Shown: positions 56,269-64,000 of the stretch, piece by piece | How the letters are laid out: every line of letters begins with the position of its first letter | How positions within the stretch are numbered: position 1 is the stretch's first letter | DNA from: Candidatus Latescibacterota bacterium | GTDB taxonomy: Bacteria; Latescibacterota; UBA2968 | DNA length: 64,000 nucleotides | Direction of reading: 5' to 3' | NCBI GenBank assembly: GCA_965208125.1 | Contig: OZ242320.1 | Coordinates: 5,024,001-5,088,000, forward strand | Made by a program: the position numbers and the translations under genes | Notes under the pieces: generated by a model | What the model was told of the DNA's origin: nothing | What the model saw: only the letters and a program-made list of their open reading frames with translations | The model's database searches: none

Positions 56269-56889
56269 TCAATCTGTATTCCCCAACGACTCCAAGTGCG
56301 TCACCCATTTGTCAAACCGAGGGCATTCAGCGCAAATCGTATCCAAACCTATCTCCATCGCTATCAGAGAACCATAAAGGACCTTTTCGTACTGAGGTAT
56401 AACCTTCACGATCCGTTTGCTCGGAGCCGTTTCACTATTGTCATTAATATCCTCAGGCGTTGGAAACTTTTCTCGGATACTCCGCAATTCCTCAATAGAC
56501 TCTTCCGACGCATCAATCGCATTAGCAAAGGCATCCACATTTGAGAATAACAACCCCTCGAACTCATATTGTTGGACATAGGGAATAACACGCGATTGAT
56601 CCCAAGAATGATTTATCTTGCTGTCAACCTTTTCGAATATGCGCAGTTCTAACTGTTGAGTAGTTGCAGTATTTTTGTCACGAAACCCGTAAAAATCGAC
56701 CAACGAAGTCACACGGTTAAAACTCCTAATCAGCCTTACTATATCCGAGGCTAACCGCTCTATCGTTACGTCACCATTGAGTAAGATGGGATATGGTTCG
56801 ACGCCCTTGGCCCGCAGATGGTCTGCAAGCACATTTTTTACGAATTCCTCTTCGGTTAGCCCCTCCACTGATATGGCGAGTCGTATCAC
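56269..56889 (-). CDS. DUF4276-like (TOPRIM-related) protein
   Basis: ISVEGLTEEEFVK, LVDFYG, YEFEGLLFS, PEDIND...APSKRI, CPRF..W; GTG start overlaps the ATPase stop. Confidence 0.85.
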   Translation of the reverse strand: MIRLAISVEGLTEEEFVKNVLADHLRAKGVEPYPILLNGDVTIERLASDIVRLIRSFNRVTSLVDFYGFRDKNTATTQQLELRIFEKVDSKINHSWDQSRVIPYVQQYEFEGLLFSNVDAFANAIDASEESIEELRSIREKFPTPEDINDNSETAPSKRIVKVIPQYEKVLYGSLIAMEIGLDTICAECPRFDKWVTHLESLGNTD

Positions 56890-58034
56890 GGGCGTCCCCC
56901 GAGCAGATTCTTCTGCCAAAGTTCACCTGAGGTGAAGCTTTCGTCGAGCCATACGCGATAGTCATTCGGTGCCAATTTGCGAAACTCAGTGCGTCCATTC
57001 TCTATATCCGACACAAATATTTCGTCGAGATCGAACGCATCAACAAGTAAAGGCGATTGCGTTGCTACAATGACCTGTCTTTCCCTGGAAAGGGCCTTTA
57101 TCATACCTCCAATCAAGGCGATTGCTGCCGGATGCAAACCCAGTTCTGGCTCATCTAAAAGAAGGACATCGGGTAACATCTCCGGAGGAAGATTGAGTAG
57201 TGTCACCAGGGCGAAGAACCGCAGTGAGCCATCAGATGTGAGATGTGCGCCAAAGGTTTTGTCCATTCCTCTGGCCTTCCAGCGCAACAACACTTTTCCA
57301 TAGCTCTCCTCAATCACAAAACGATCAAAGCCAGGCAGGATCCGACCAATGTGCTTACAGATCAGCTCAAAGCGCTTGATGTCTTCCCGCTCTAACCGGT
57401 GCAACACGGCCGCCAGGTTGCCCCCGTGGCTGAGGAGCTGATTGTTGTCCTCCATATCCCAGCTCGTTTTGAATTTCGAGCCATCGGAAGTGTCGTGAAA
57501 CTGATATACCGAACACCTCCGCAGCAGGTTGACGATGTACTGAGTGGTCAAGTGATAATTCGCCAACGGCGTATAGGGTGGTATCTCCTCAACTATCTTT
57601 GCTTCTGTGTGACCACTTCCGAGATATTGCCAGTTTACCTCAGCGTGGCGGCGAAATGCCTCTTTCGTGAATATAAGACGGTCAGGCTGAGCATGAGCGA
57701 GTGAGATATGATAATCATACTGGGTTTCAGTGGGTTGCATGGTTACCATATCAATAGCTGTGGTTCGCATAGTTACCGTGGCACTCATTTCCGGACTACG
57801 CCTTCTGCCGCCAAATAATTGATCATCGGCCCCTCCTTGCATCGCGACGAATTCACCGAGTCTGCGAGGCCCAAGCATCCAACTCAGCATTTCAAAAAAA
57901 CGAATAAAATTGGACTTGCCCGAGCCATTAGCACCAATTAAGACCGCCGCTTTGGGAATACTCAAAAGCTCGACATCTGCTAATGATCGGAATCCCTGAA
58001 TACGGACCTGATCTATGAAGGTTGTTTTATTCAT
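56886..58034 (-). CDS. ABC/SMC-like AAA_21 ATPase
   Basis: GFRSL, LIGANGSGKSN, SDGSLRF, LLDEPELGLHP, ATQSP. Confidence 0.92.
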   Translation of the reverse strand: MNKTTFIDQVRIQGFRSLADVELLSIPKAAVLIGANGSGKSNFIRFFEMLSWMLGPRRLGEFVAMQGGADDQLFGGRRRSPEMSATVTMRTTAIDMVTMQPTETQYDYHISLAHAQPDRLIFTKEAFRRHAEVNWQYLGSGHTEAKIVEEIPPYTPLANYHLTTQYIVNLLRRCSVYQFHDTSDGSKFKTSWDMEDNNQLLSHGGNLAAVLHRLEREDIKRFELICKHIGRILPGFDRFVIEESYGKVLLRWKARGMDKTFGAHLTSDGSLRFFALVTLLNLPPEMLPDVLLLDEPELGLHPAAIALIGGMIKALSRERQVIVATQSPLLVDAFDLDEIFVSDIENGRTEFRKLAPNDYRVWLDESFTSGELWQKNLLGGRP

Positions 58035-58106
58035 CGCATATTCTCCATACCCGGAAGCCTCCAGCAGCACATCGGTCAATGAAAAATCTCATTGCTCATC
58101 ACTCCA

Positions 58107-58403
58107 TCAAACCGTTGGCTGTGGTTCATAGCGATTAACCCGGATCTGATCTTCTCTCTTGCGTGCTTGCACCAGATTATAGGCACTCTGACGACGCAGC
58201 CAGAACTCGGCGTTAGACCATCCGGCCTTCTCCAACCGAATAGCCATCTCCGGAGAAATAGCCGCGTGACCATTTAGTACGCGTGAAAGCGTGTGACGGG
58301 CTACGCCCAATACCTTCGCTGCTTCGGTAATATTCAGACCAAGGGGTTCCAGACAGTTCTTTTTGATACTGAGACCCGGATGAGGTGGTTTCTTCATAGC
58401 CAT
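58107..58403 (-). CDS. higA: HigA-family antitoxin (no toxin adjacent)
   Basis: [39 protein letters not shown]. Confidence 0.9.
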   Translation of the reverse strand: MAMKKPPHPGLSIKKNCLEPLGLNITEAAKVLGVARHTLSRVLNGHAAISPEMAIRLEKAGWSNAEFWLRRQSAYNLVQARKREDQIRVNRYEPQPTV

Positions 58404-58436
58404 CGATATCTCTGATCGCCCTTCAATGGATATTTA

Positions 58437-58757
58437 CTATTGGTTCAAGCTTTTCTGGATGGTTCCCAGGTCTCGATTGAGATCTTCGAGATCGTATTGG
58501 GCTGGTACTTTTCTGGCACGCGCATAGTCCATCATCTCCCACAAGGAAACACCAGCATCGCGAGCCGCGCGTGCGAGTGTAAGCTTTCCATCCCCGTATA
58601 GACGGGCGTAGTGCTCCAACTTCCATTGCTGGATTGCTTTTGACAGCAGGCGCCTCACAGTAGTCGAGCGGTCAGACTGCTCGACATCCTCAATGAGTTC
58701 CAATTCGCGCACTAAATCCAGGGGGAGCCTGGTGCTTATCATACGTTCCTTCTTCAT
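58437..58757 (-). CDS. UPF0175-family antitoxin-like protein (RHH plus HTH; no toxin adjacent)
   Basis: ISTRL...DRSTTVRRLL...LYGDGKLTLARAARDAGVSLWEM. Confidence 0.75.
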   Translation of the reverse strand: MKKERMISTRLPLDLVRELELIEDVEQSDRSTTVRRLLSKAIQQWKLEHYARLYGDGKLTLARAARDAGVSLWEMMDYARARKVPAQYDLEDLNRDLGTIQKSLNQ

Positions 58758-58813
58758 TACTTCGCCTCCCATGCTCCTACCTGATTGCTCTGACTATAGC
58801 CTGCTCAGATCCT

Positions 58814-59716
58814 TCACTTCATCACTCCGAACAGCGCGAAGGAGAAATTTGGTGCGGGATCAACCAGATCGCTTCTGTCCTTTAGATAACGGCATTTTTG
58901 CTCCTCGGGCGGAATAGTCTCTATCTCCACAAAGCCAATTTGCGACATCTCCACATTCAATTCCTCGGGCGTAAATACGGACAACATCGGCTCCCCGCGG
59001 CGGGCTACGAATCGGTCCAACCTGTCGGCAAAAGGCAAGCTCTCCTCGGGGATAAGATGCCTGGCGAGCTTATAATCGAAAACAATGCGACTACCCGGCC
59101 CGGCAACATCTGCAACACGCCCCATTGTCTCCCGTATCGCATCCTTCGTGAGATAATAAGTCGTTCCCAACCAGGAAAAAAAGGCCGGCTTCTCTGGATC
59201 GAATCCCGCCCGGATAAGTGCCTCATTTAGCAGGTCGGTCTCAAAATCAATGGGAACAAAGACCAGATTGGACGGAACATCGCCGTTGACCGCGCGCACC
59301 TGTTTCTCTTTTGTCGCCTGAGTCGCGGGATGATCCAGCTCGAATATCCGCACGCTATCTACGAGTTCCTTGTGGCGCATGGAAAACGTATCGAGACCAG
59401 CACCGAGGATCACATACTGTCCGACACCCTCCGAAATCGCCTCCATGAGACGGTCTTCGGCATATCTCGCCCGCAGGATAACCTCGGTATGTACGGGACG
59501 GAACGATTGGAACACTGTGTGAACAACGAATCGGCCAAGCATTCTGTTCTTAGCGATCACGCGCCAGATAAACGGCACCATGTCAACCGCATAATCATCG
59601 GCAAAAACCGGAGATTTACTCTGCTGAAAATGATACGCACGTACACTTGCTGCGAGTGCCGCTGTCTTGCTCGTCCTGTGCTTGTGTGCAGATATTCCAG
59701 ATTGAGGTGAAGACAT
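58814..59716 (-). CDS. Class I SAM methyltransferase (LCM/TIGR00027-like)
   Basis: TAALAA..RA, F.DDYA, RARYAED, QYVILGAGLDT, ELDHP.TQ, WLG.TYYL. Confidence 0.88.
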   Translation of the reverse strand: MSSPQSGISAHKHRTSKTAALAASVRAYHFQQSKSPVFADDYAVDMVPFIWRVIAKNRMLGRFVVHTVFQSFRPVHTEVILRARYAEDRLMEAISEGVGQYVILGAGLDTFSMRHKELVDSVRIFELDHPATQATKEKQVRAVNGDVPSNLVFVPIDFETDLLNEALIRAGFDPEKPAFFSWLGTTYYLTKDAIRETMGRVADVAGPGSRIVFDYKLARHLIPEESLPFADRLDRFVARRGEPMLSVFTPEELNVEMSQIGFVEIETIPPEEQKCRYLKDRSDLVDPAPNFSFALFGVMK

Positions 59717-59717
59717 A

Positions 59718-60689
59718 CTAATCCTTCCAAACCATCACCACGGCCATTGCTTCATCAAGACGCGTGTACAACAAATCAAATGCTTCTGCAGCGTCCTCAT
59801 AATTAAAACGATGGGTCACCATTGTATGAGTCTGGATTTTATCTTCCATCAACAACTGGATCGCCGTATCCGACCCCTGTGGCCGGTACGCGCTATTCAG
59901 ATATCCTCCAATCAGGCGTTTGCCCTGAATTTTTGACGAATCCAGAGGCAGTGGTTCGCCTTCATACAATCCCACAACCTGCAATAATCCACCTCGCCGC
60001 ACCATATCTTGCGCCTGTGCAAATGCTTGCGCACCCGCACGTCCTCCTACCGCTTCAACCACAACATCTGCGCCCTGGCCATCGGTAAGCTCTTTCACCG
60101 CTGCAATCGGATCGGTCTCAGCCGCATTCACCACAGCACTCGCACCCAACTGTTCCGCCAAATCACAACGCAGGGACAAGGCATCGACCGCGATCACACG
60201 GCAATCGTGCAAATGCCGCGCAACCTGCATACAGCAACTCCCCACCAGACCCTGTCCCAAAATCACCATGGTATCGTCTGGACCAGCCCCAGTGTCCCGC
60301 ATCCACAGCACCGAACTCGTAGTCAGGGGCCAAAAAGTTGCCGCCTCGGATGTAACCCCATCGGGTAGCGAAACCACTGCTGGTTTATGGCGCGAATTGA
60401 CAACCTCAACAGCCACATACTCGGCATGCGGTGCCAGAGCCGCTACCCTTTCTCCCATCGAAAAATCATCGACCTGCGCGCCCACCTGCACAATCGTTCC
60501 AGCGAGCGAATATCCCATCATCTGGTGATCAATCGCTTCTTCTCGCACATACCGCCGCCAGATCTCAGACCCTCTGCTAATCAGCGTGCGTTCCGTTCTG
60601 ATGAGCACCTCTGTCTGTCGAATCTCTGGCAAAGGCACATCTTCAATCTCGACATGGTACGCGCCTTCGGGTTTAATCACGCGCTTCAT
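59718..60689 (-). CDS. MDR-family (zinc-binding ADH-like) dehydrogenase
   Basis: TLISRGSE, GYS, GQGLVG, GADVVVEAVG, VTHRF. Confidence 0.85.
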   Translation of the reverse strand: MKRVIKPEGAYHVEIEDVPLPEIRQTEVLIRTERTLISRGSEIWRRYVREEAIDHQMMGYSLAGTIVQVGAQVDDFSMGERVAALAPHAEYVAVEVVNSRHKPAVVSLPDGVTSEAATFWPLTTSSVLWMRDTGAGPDDTMVILGQGLVGSCCMQVARHLHDCRVIAVDALSLRCDLAEQLGASAVVNAAETDPIAAVKELTDGQGADVVVEAVGGRAGAQAFAQAQDMVRRGGLLQVVGLYEGEPLPLDSSKIQGKRLIGGYLNSAYRPQGSDTAIQLLMEDKIQTHTMVTHRFNYEDAAEAFDLLYTRLDEAMAVVMVWKD

Positions 60690-60726
60690 GGAACACCTCC
60701 CGATGGTAGTGGTTTGTAGCAATCCC

Positions 60727-62646
60727 TCAGTCTCCAACCCCCATCATCACCCAATCGTACATCTCCCCAGCCCGTTCGACAGCGCGATCTACATCTTCGC
60801 GCAACATCAACTGCTCCTCCACCAGTTCCCGAGCTGCTCGCGCCACACAGTCCAAATACACTTCGCGGCTGCCATAGCGTTTAGCAATCGATAGTCGCGA
60901 ATCACCATCGCGCCCATCCTCATCGCGCGCAAATGGCACCCACATCCCATCCAGGCCAACAAGCGCATCGGTCGCGCCGCGTTGACGATATCGCCATCCC
61001 GTAAACGTACCCAGAGGCACGACCACCTCGGGCATACGAATACCAGCAATCTCATTGCCATCGCGATCGACCTGAGGCACGCGCACCCCAAAAGGACGCC
61101 CTTTTTCGGGCGGCTCGATATCGATAATACCCGCATCCCATCTGCTCCCCCAGTTCAATCGCAGGGGCCGCCGCATGCGAACAGGACTTCGCAAATCTGG
61201 AATAGTGGGAAATTTCAAATCGTCCGCATCAACCAGAGAACCATCCGCAATGCGACCATACCTGCTCTCGGGAGGATCAACGCCTTTGCGCACCCAGCGG
61301 TCTAACGCAACGAGAAGCGCGCGTTCTGCATAGCGAAAATTCACGGGATTTGGGGGCACTGCTCGCCCCGGTTTTGTGGGCACATCGCCCGGACCGTGTT
61401 TTGTACTTGCAAAATGATAAACGCGGACTGAAGGATGAATCTCGACATCCTCCTGCCCGCGTACATCTGTGTGAATCAAAGACGCACCGCGATTCCAGTA
61501 TTCGGTTGAGGTATTGGTATAAAAAATGCGAGGTGTTACCCCTGCAACATCACAGCGATCCAACAAACCACCTTTTTTTTTGGTTTCGGAATCTACCTGT
61601 GGCAAATCCGTAAAAGGAAACTGCTCCGTGGGATATAACGCATCAAAATGCGCGCTGGCATGCCGCGAAGGCTGTGCAAATCGATGGTTAAACGATCCCT
61701 GCGCGCCGCCTGCAACATTGGCAAATACCCCATCAAAAACCTTTCGTCCAGCCTCATCCTCATTAAAGCCCTCATACAACATGTGCCGCAAAAAACGTCC
61801 ACTTTGCGATGACCCAAAAGCATAAGTCCGCTCAATCGCATTGCCCAGCGGATTGCCATCCGTCCCGTATTTCAAAAATGACACAAAATCCCGGGTTGCG
61901 GCAAAACCCGTTCCCATCACAGTCGGATTTTTGCCCGTATAAATTAGATTGTAAATACGCCCCGGTTCAAATCCCTGTGGAAATCGGATCGCAGCGCGCC
62001 CATCTTCCAATCGATCAAACGCCCATTGATTGCGCCCAATCTCCTCGGCTTCATCATACGGATACGCCCGCACAGTGAGTACCGCATCGCTATCTTCTAC
62101 AGGTTCATAGGGATCGTGATAGCGACTCCCCAGAGAATGCAAATCCGTCTTTGTATCAATGACAATCTCACACGATACGGGACCCATAACATCAACTATG
62201 GGCGCATCCAGAGTCATCAAATTGGTAGCGCCCTCTGCTTCAGGCGGCACATCGGCCTGCCAACCACACGCGGCAATCGTATAACCCTGCCGCATCAAAA
62301 AACCATCGCCAAAATGTGCGGCGGTCTGGGGCATATTCGCCCCAGTTGCCAGATTAAACATCGGCAAAATATTTTTGCGCCCGCGATTGACCACATTGTA
62401 AAACACAGTACTGTTGCCCCGAGCGACATCAACCGGCTTGAGCAAATGCACATCAGCTCGAAAAATCACCCGCCCGCTCTCGTCAACTGGCACGAGATTT
62501 AAATCGACAATTGCCCCGTTTTGTTTGTGATTGGGATCAAGCGCGAACCACGCGCTGCCACACAGTGCTTCATAAGCACCCACAGCACCGTATAACTTGC
62601 CATCGAGCACGGTTTTCCGAGAAGTAATTTCCAATTGCGTGAGCAT
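60727..62646 (-). CDS. Alpha/beta hydrolase domain protein
   Basis: VVNRG, GWQAD, GFAATRD, GSSQSGRFLR nucleophile elbow, STEYW, D.DGNE..GIR. Confidence 0.8.
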   Translation of the reverse strand: MLTQLEITSRKTVLDGKLYGAVGAYEALCGSAWFALDPNHKQNGAIVDLNLVPVDESGRVIFRADVHLLKPVDVARGNSTVFYNVVNRGRKNILPMFNLATGANMPQTAAHFGDGFLMRQGYTIAACGWQADVPPEAEGATNLMTLDAPIVDVMGPVSCEIVIDTKTDLHSLGSRYHDPYEPVEDSDAVLTVRAYPYDEAEEIGRNQWAFDRLEDGRAAIRFPQGFEPGRIYNLIYTGKNPTVMGTGFAATRDFVSFLKYGTDGNPLGNAIERTYAFGSSQSGRFLRHMLYEGFNEDEAGRKVFDGVFANVAGGAQGSFNHRFAQPSRHASAHFDALYPTEQFPFTDLPQVDSETKKKGGLLDRCDVAGVTPRIFYTNTSTEYWNRGASLIHTDVRGQEDVEIHPSVRVYHFASTKHGPGDVPTKPGRAVPPNPVNFRYAERALLVALDRWVRKGVDPPESRYGRIADGSLVDADDLKFPTIPDLRSPVRMRRPLRLNWGSRWDAGIIDIEPPEKGRPFGVRVPQVDRDGNEIAGIRMPEVVVPLGTFTGWRYRQRGATDALVGLDGMWVPFARDEDGRDGDSRLSIAKRYGSREVYLDCVARAARELVEEQLMLREDVDRAVERAGEMYDWVMMGVGD

Positions 62647-62658
62647 AATTCAAAAGCT

Positions 62659-62685
62659 TTCAGTTATCAGTTGTCAGTTGTCAGT
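62659..62685 (+). repeat. (TCAGTTR) heptamer repeat next to a GC hairpin
   Basis: ttcagttatcagttgtcagttgtcagt followed by accgccc...gggcggt. Confidence 0.6.
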
Positions 62686-62749
62686 CCCACCCCACACCGC
62701 CCTCCCAAGCGGGCGGTCTCCTGAATATCCGTTCCATAAATCCCATGAC

Positions 62750-63685
62750 CTAAAGCGCAGTGAGATCAAAGGGATTGGACCACGCCTTGTCGCCATTTGG
62801 TGCAATAATCTCAAAACGCACGTGTTTTGAGCCGGGGCGTAGCTTAAAAGTGGCGGTATCAAACAGCTTACCGCCCTCGTGGTATTCGGTACCCCTTGAA
62901 TCTAATACCGCGGCAATGCGCTGTGCAGGTGAACATTTTACTGTGACTTCAACCGTGCGACCTTCTCCACTATGCAACTGAATATCAAAAATTTGCGGCC
63001 CCGTTGACGCATAACCCGCGCCAGATTCCAGTGCTTCAACAATGGCTTCGGGTGACCGTTCCTTCACGCGCACCATAGTCCAGCCCTGATACGTATCGCG
63101 ATCTTCTGATTCAGCCGCGTGGGAATCGTCATTACCCAGTGCAGGGAGCAATTGTCCGGACAAATCCATCCAATCGTCCCAGTGTACAGAAGACTCACCC
63201 CGCCCGGCGCACCGACATGTCGTATTAAAAACTTCTATTCCTGCCAAACCCGTCAGCGGCATTGTATCGCGCAAAATATTGACCCCACTCCAGTGCGGAT
63301 GTGCGAGCCAGATTGAACCACCCTGTTTTTTTACTTCATCAATCACATGTTGCGGAGGCATAGCCCGCGCATCCATATCCTCTGAAATATTGAGTGCCAC
63401 AAAATGGTGGCGGTCGCCGCCAAAGGGATTGTCAGGATGCAATTCTGCACCTTGAATAAGCGTAAAATTTTCAGGACAGGTCAGCGTTTTGACAAATGTG
63501 ATATTGTTGTGATCTGACACACACAAATAATCGTAGCCCTGATTTACATACCCATCCACGCGTTCTTGAGGCGAAACCTTCCCATCTGAATTTGTCGAGT
63601 GGCTGTGCAAATTCCCCTTCAGCCACATATAACCATCGCCATCAGATAAAACAAACGGATTTACCAACCCATTTTCCCCGGACAT
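62750..63685 (-). CDS. CehA/McbA-like PHP metallohydrolase
   Basis: KGNLHSHSTNSDG, SDHN, GAE, AHPHW, IEVFN, NDDSH, AWSNP. Confidence 0.85.
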   Translation of the reverse strand: MSGENGLVNPFVLSDGDGYMWLKGNLHSHSTNSDGKVSPQERVDGYVNQGYDYLCVSDHNNITFVKTLTCPENFTLIQGAELHPDNPFGGDRHHFVALNISEDMDARAMPPQHVIDEVKKQGGSIWLAHPHWSGVNILRDTMPLTGLAGIEVFNTTCRCAGRGESSVHWDDWMDLSGQLLPALGNDDSHAAESEDRDTYQGWTMVRVKERSPEAIVEALESGAGYASTGPQIFDIQLHSGEGRTVEVTVKCSPAQRIAAVLDSRGTEYHEGGKLFDTATFKLRPGSKHVRFEIIAPNGDKAWSNPFDLTAL

Positions 63686-63694
63686 AATAAACTC

Positions 63695-63724
63695 CTTTGA
63701 GTTAATTCCTTTGAGTTAATTCCT
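63695..63724. repeat. 14-bp direct duplication
   Basis: ctttgagttaattc x2. Confidence 0.7.
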
Positions 63725-64000
63725 TACTCCTCCCACCAGACCTTCCCATCTCGAACAGACGCGCGACAAACCAACCGCTGCTCCCCCATCAACACCTGCT
63801 GCATCGCATCGGTTAATTCAAATTTCCCCTTTTCCAATTCAAATACAGCGACATCGCCTGCAGCACCAATCCCCAGATGTCCGAGATCATCCTCTCGATC
63901 AATTACCTGCGCTGGTTCAATGGTTGAACGTTGAATCACTTCCTCGAGCGACATGCCCAAATTCAAAAACTTGGACATCGTCGTCGGCAAATCGTAAACA
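63724..64000 (-). CDS. Amidohydrolase/deacetylase (dihydroorotase-like), 5' end truncated by window edge
   Basis: DLPTTMSKFL.LGMSLEEVI..ST..PA, LG.LG.GA.GDVAVF. Confidence 0.8.
   Translation of the reverse strand, partial: VYDLPTTMSKFLNLGMSLEEVIQRSTIEPAQVIDREDDLGHLGIGAAGDVAVFELEKGKFELTDAMQQVLMGEQRLVCRASVRDGKVWWEE

Noticed and set aside
58404-58436. Remnant of a higB toxin upstream of higA
   Set aside because: Only a few codons (VNIH*) resemble a HigB C-terminus; too short to support.

Overview
Gene-dense bacterial chromosome segment (about 55 CDS; no rRNA, tRNA, CRISPR or transposase recognised). A GWxTD protein, a short RpoD-family sigma factor, futalosine-pathway genes (mqnB, mqnD) and several heparinase, sulfatase and PhyH-type enzymes suggest an FCB-group organism, possibly Latescibacterota/Gemmatimonadota-like (inference). 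Housekeeping genes: zapA, nadD, bamD, rbsK, purB, rfbC, purL, garR, dusB, larB and a dapF-like gene. Main points of interest: (1) a tightly coupled operon of nitroreductase, DsrM-like, DsrK-like, cysteine desulfurase and a two-Cys DsrC, with no dsrAB in the window; (2) a secreted AhpC/TSA-family UxxC selenoprotein that the ORF track splits at an in-frame TGA followed by a SECIS-like hairpin; (3) an AT-rich island with a type II R-M pair divergent from an unknown-unknown-HEPN three-gene operon; (4) two further defence/TA patches (PD-(D/E)XK nuclease plus VapBC45-like pair; ABC-ATPase/DUF4276-like pair surrounded by orphan antitoxins, including a nonsense-interrupted hicB); (5) a DapF homologue with both catalytic Cys replaced by Ser; (6) a GT2-radical SAM-GT2 cassette; (7) dispersed 7/9-mer tandem repeats at gene boundaries. 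All family calls come from motif recognition by eye, not from database searches.
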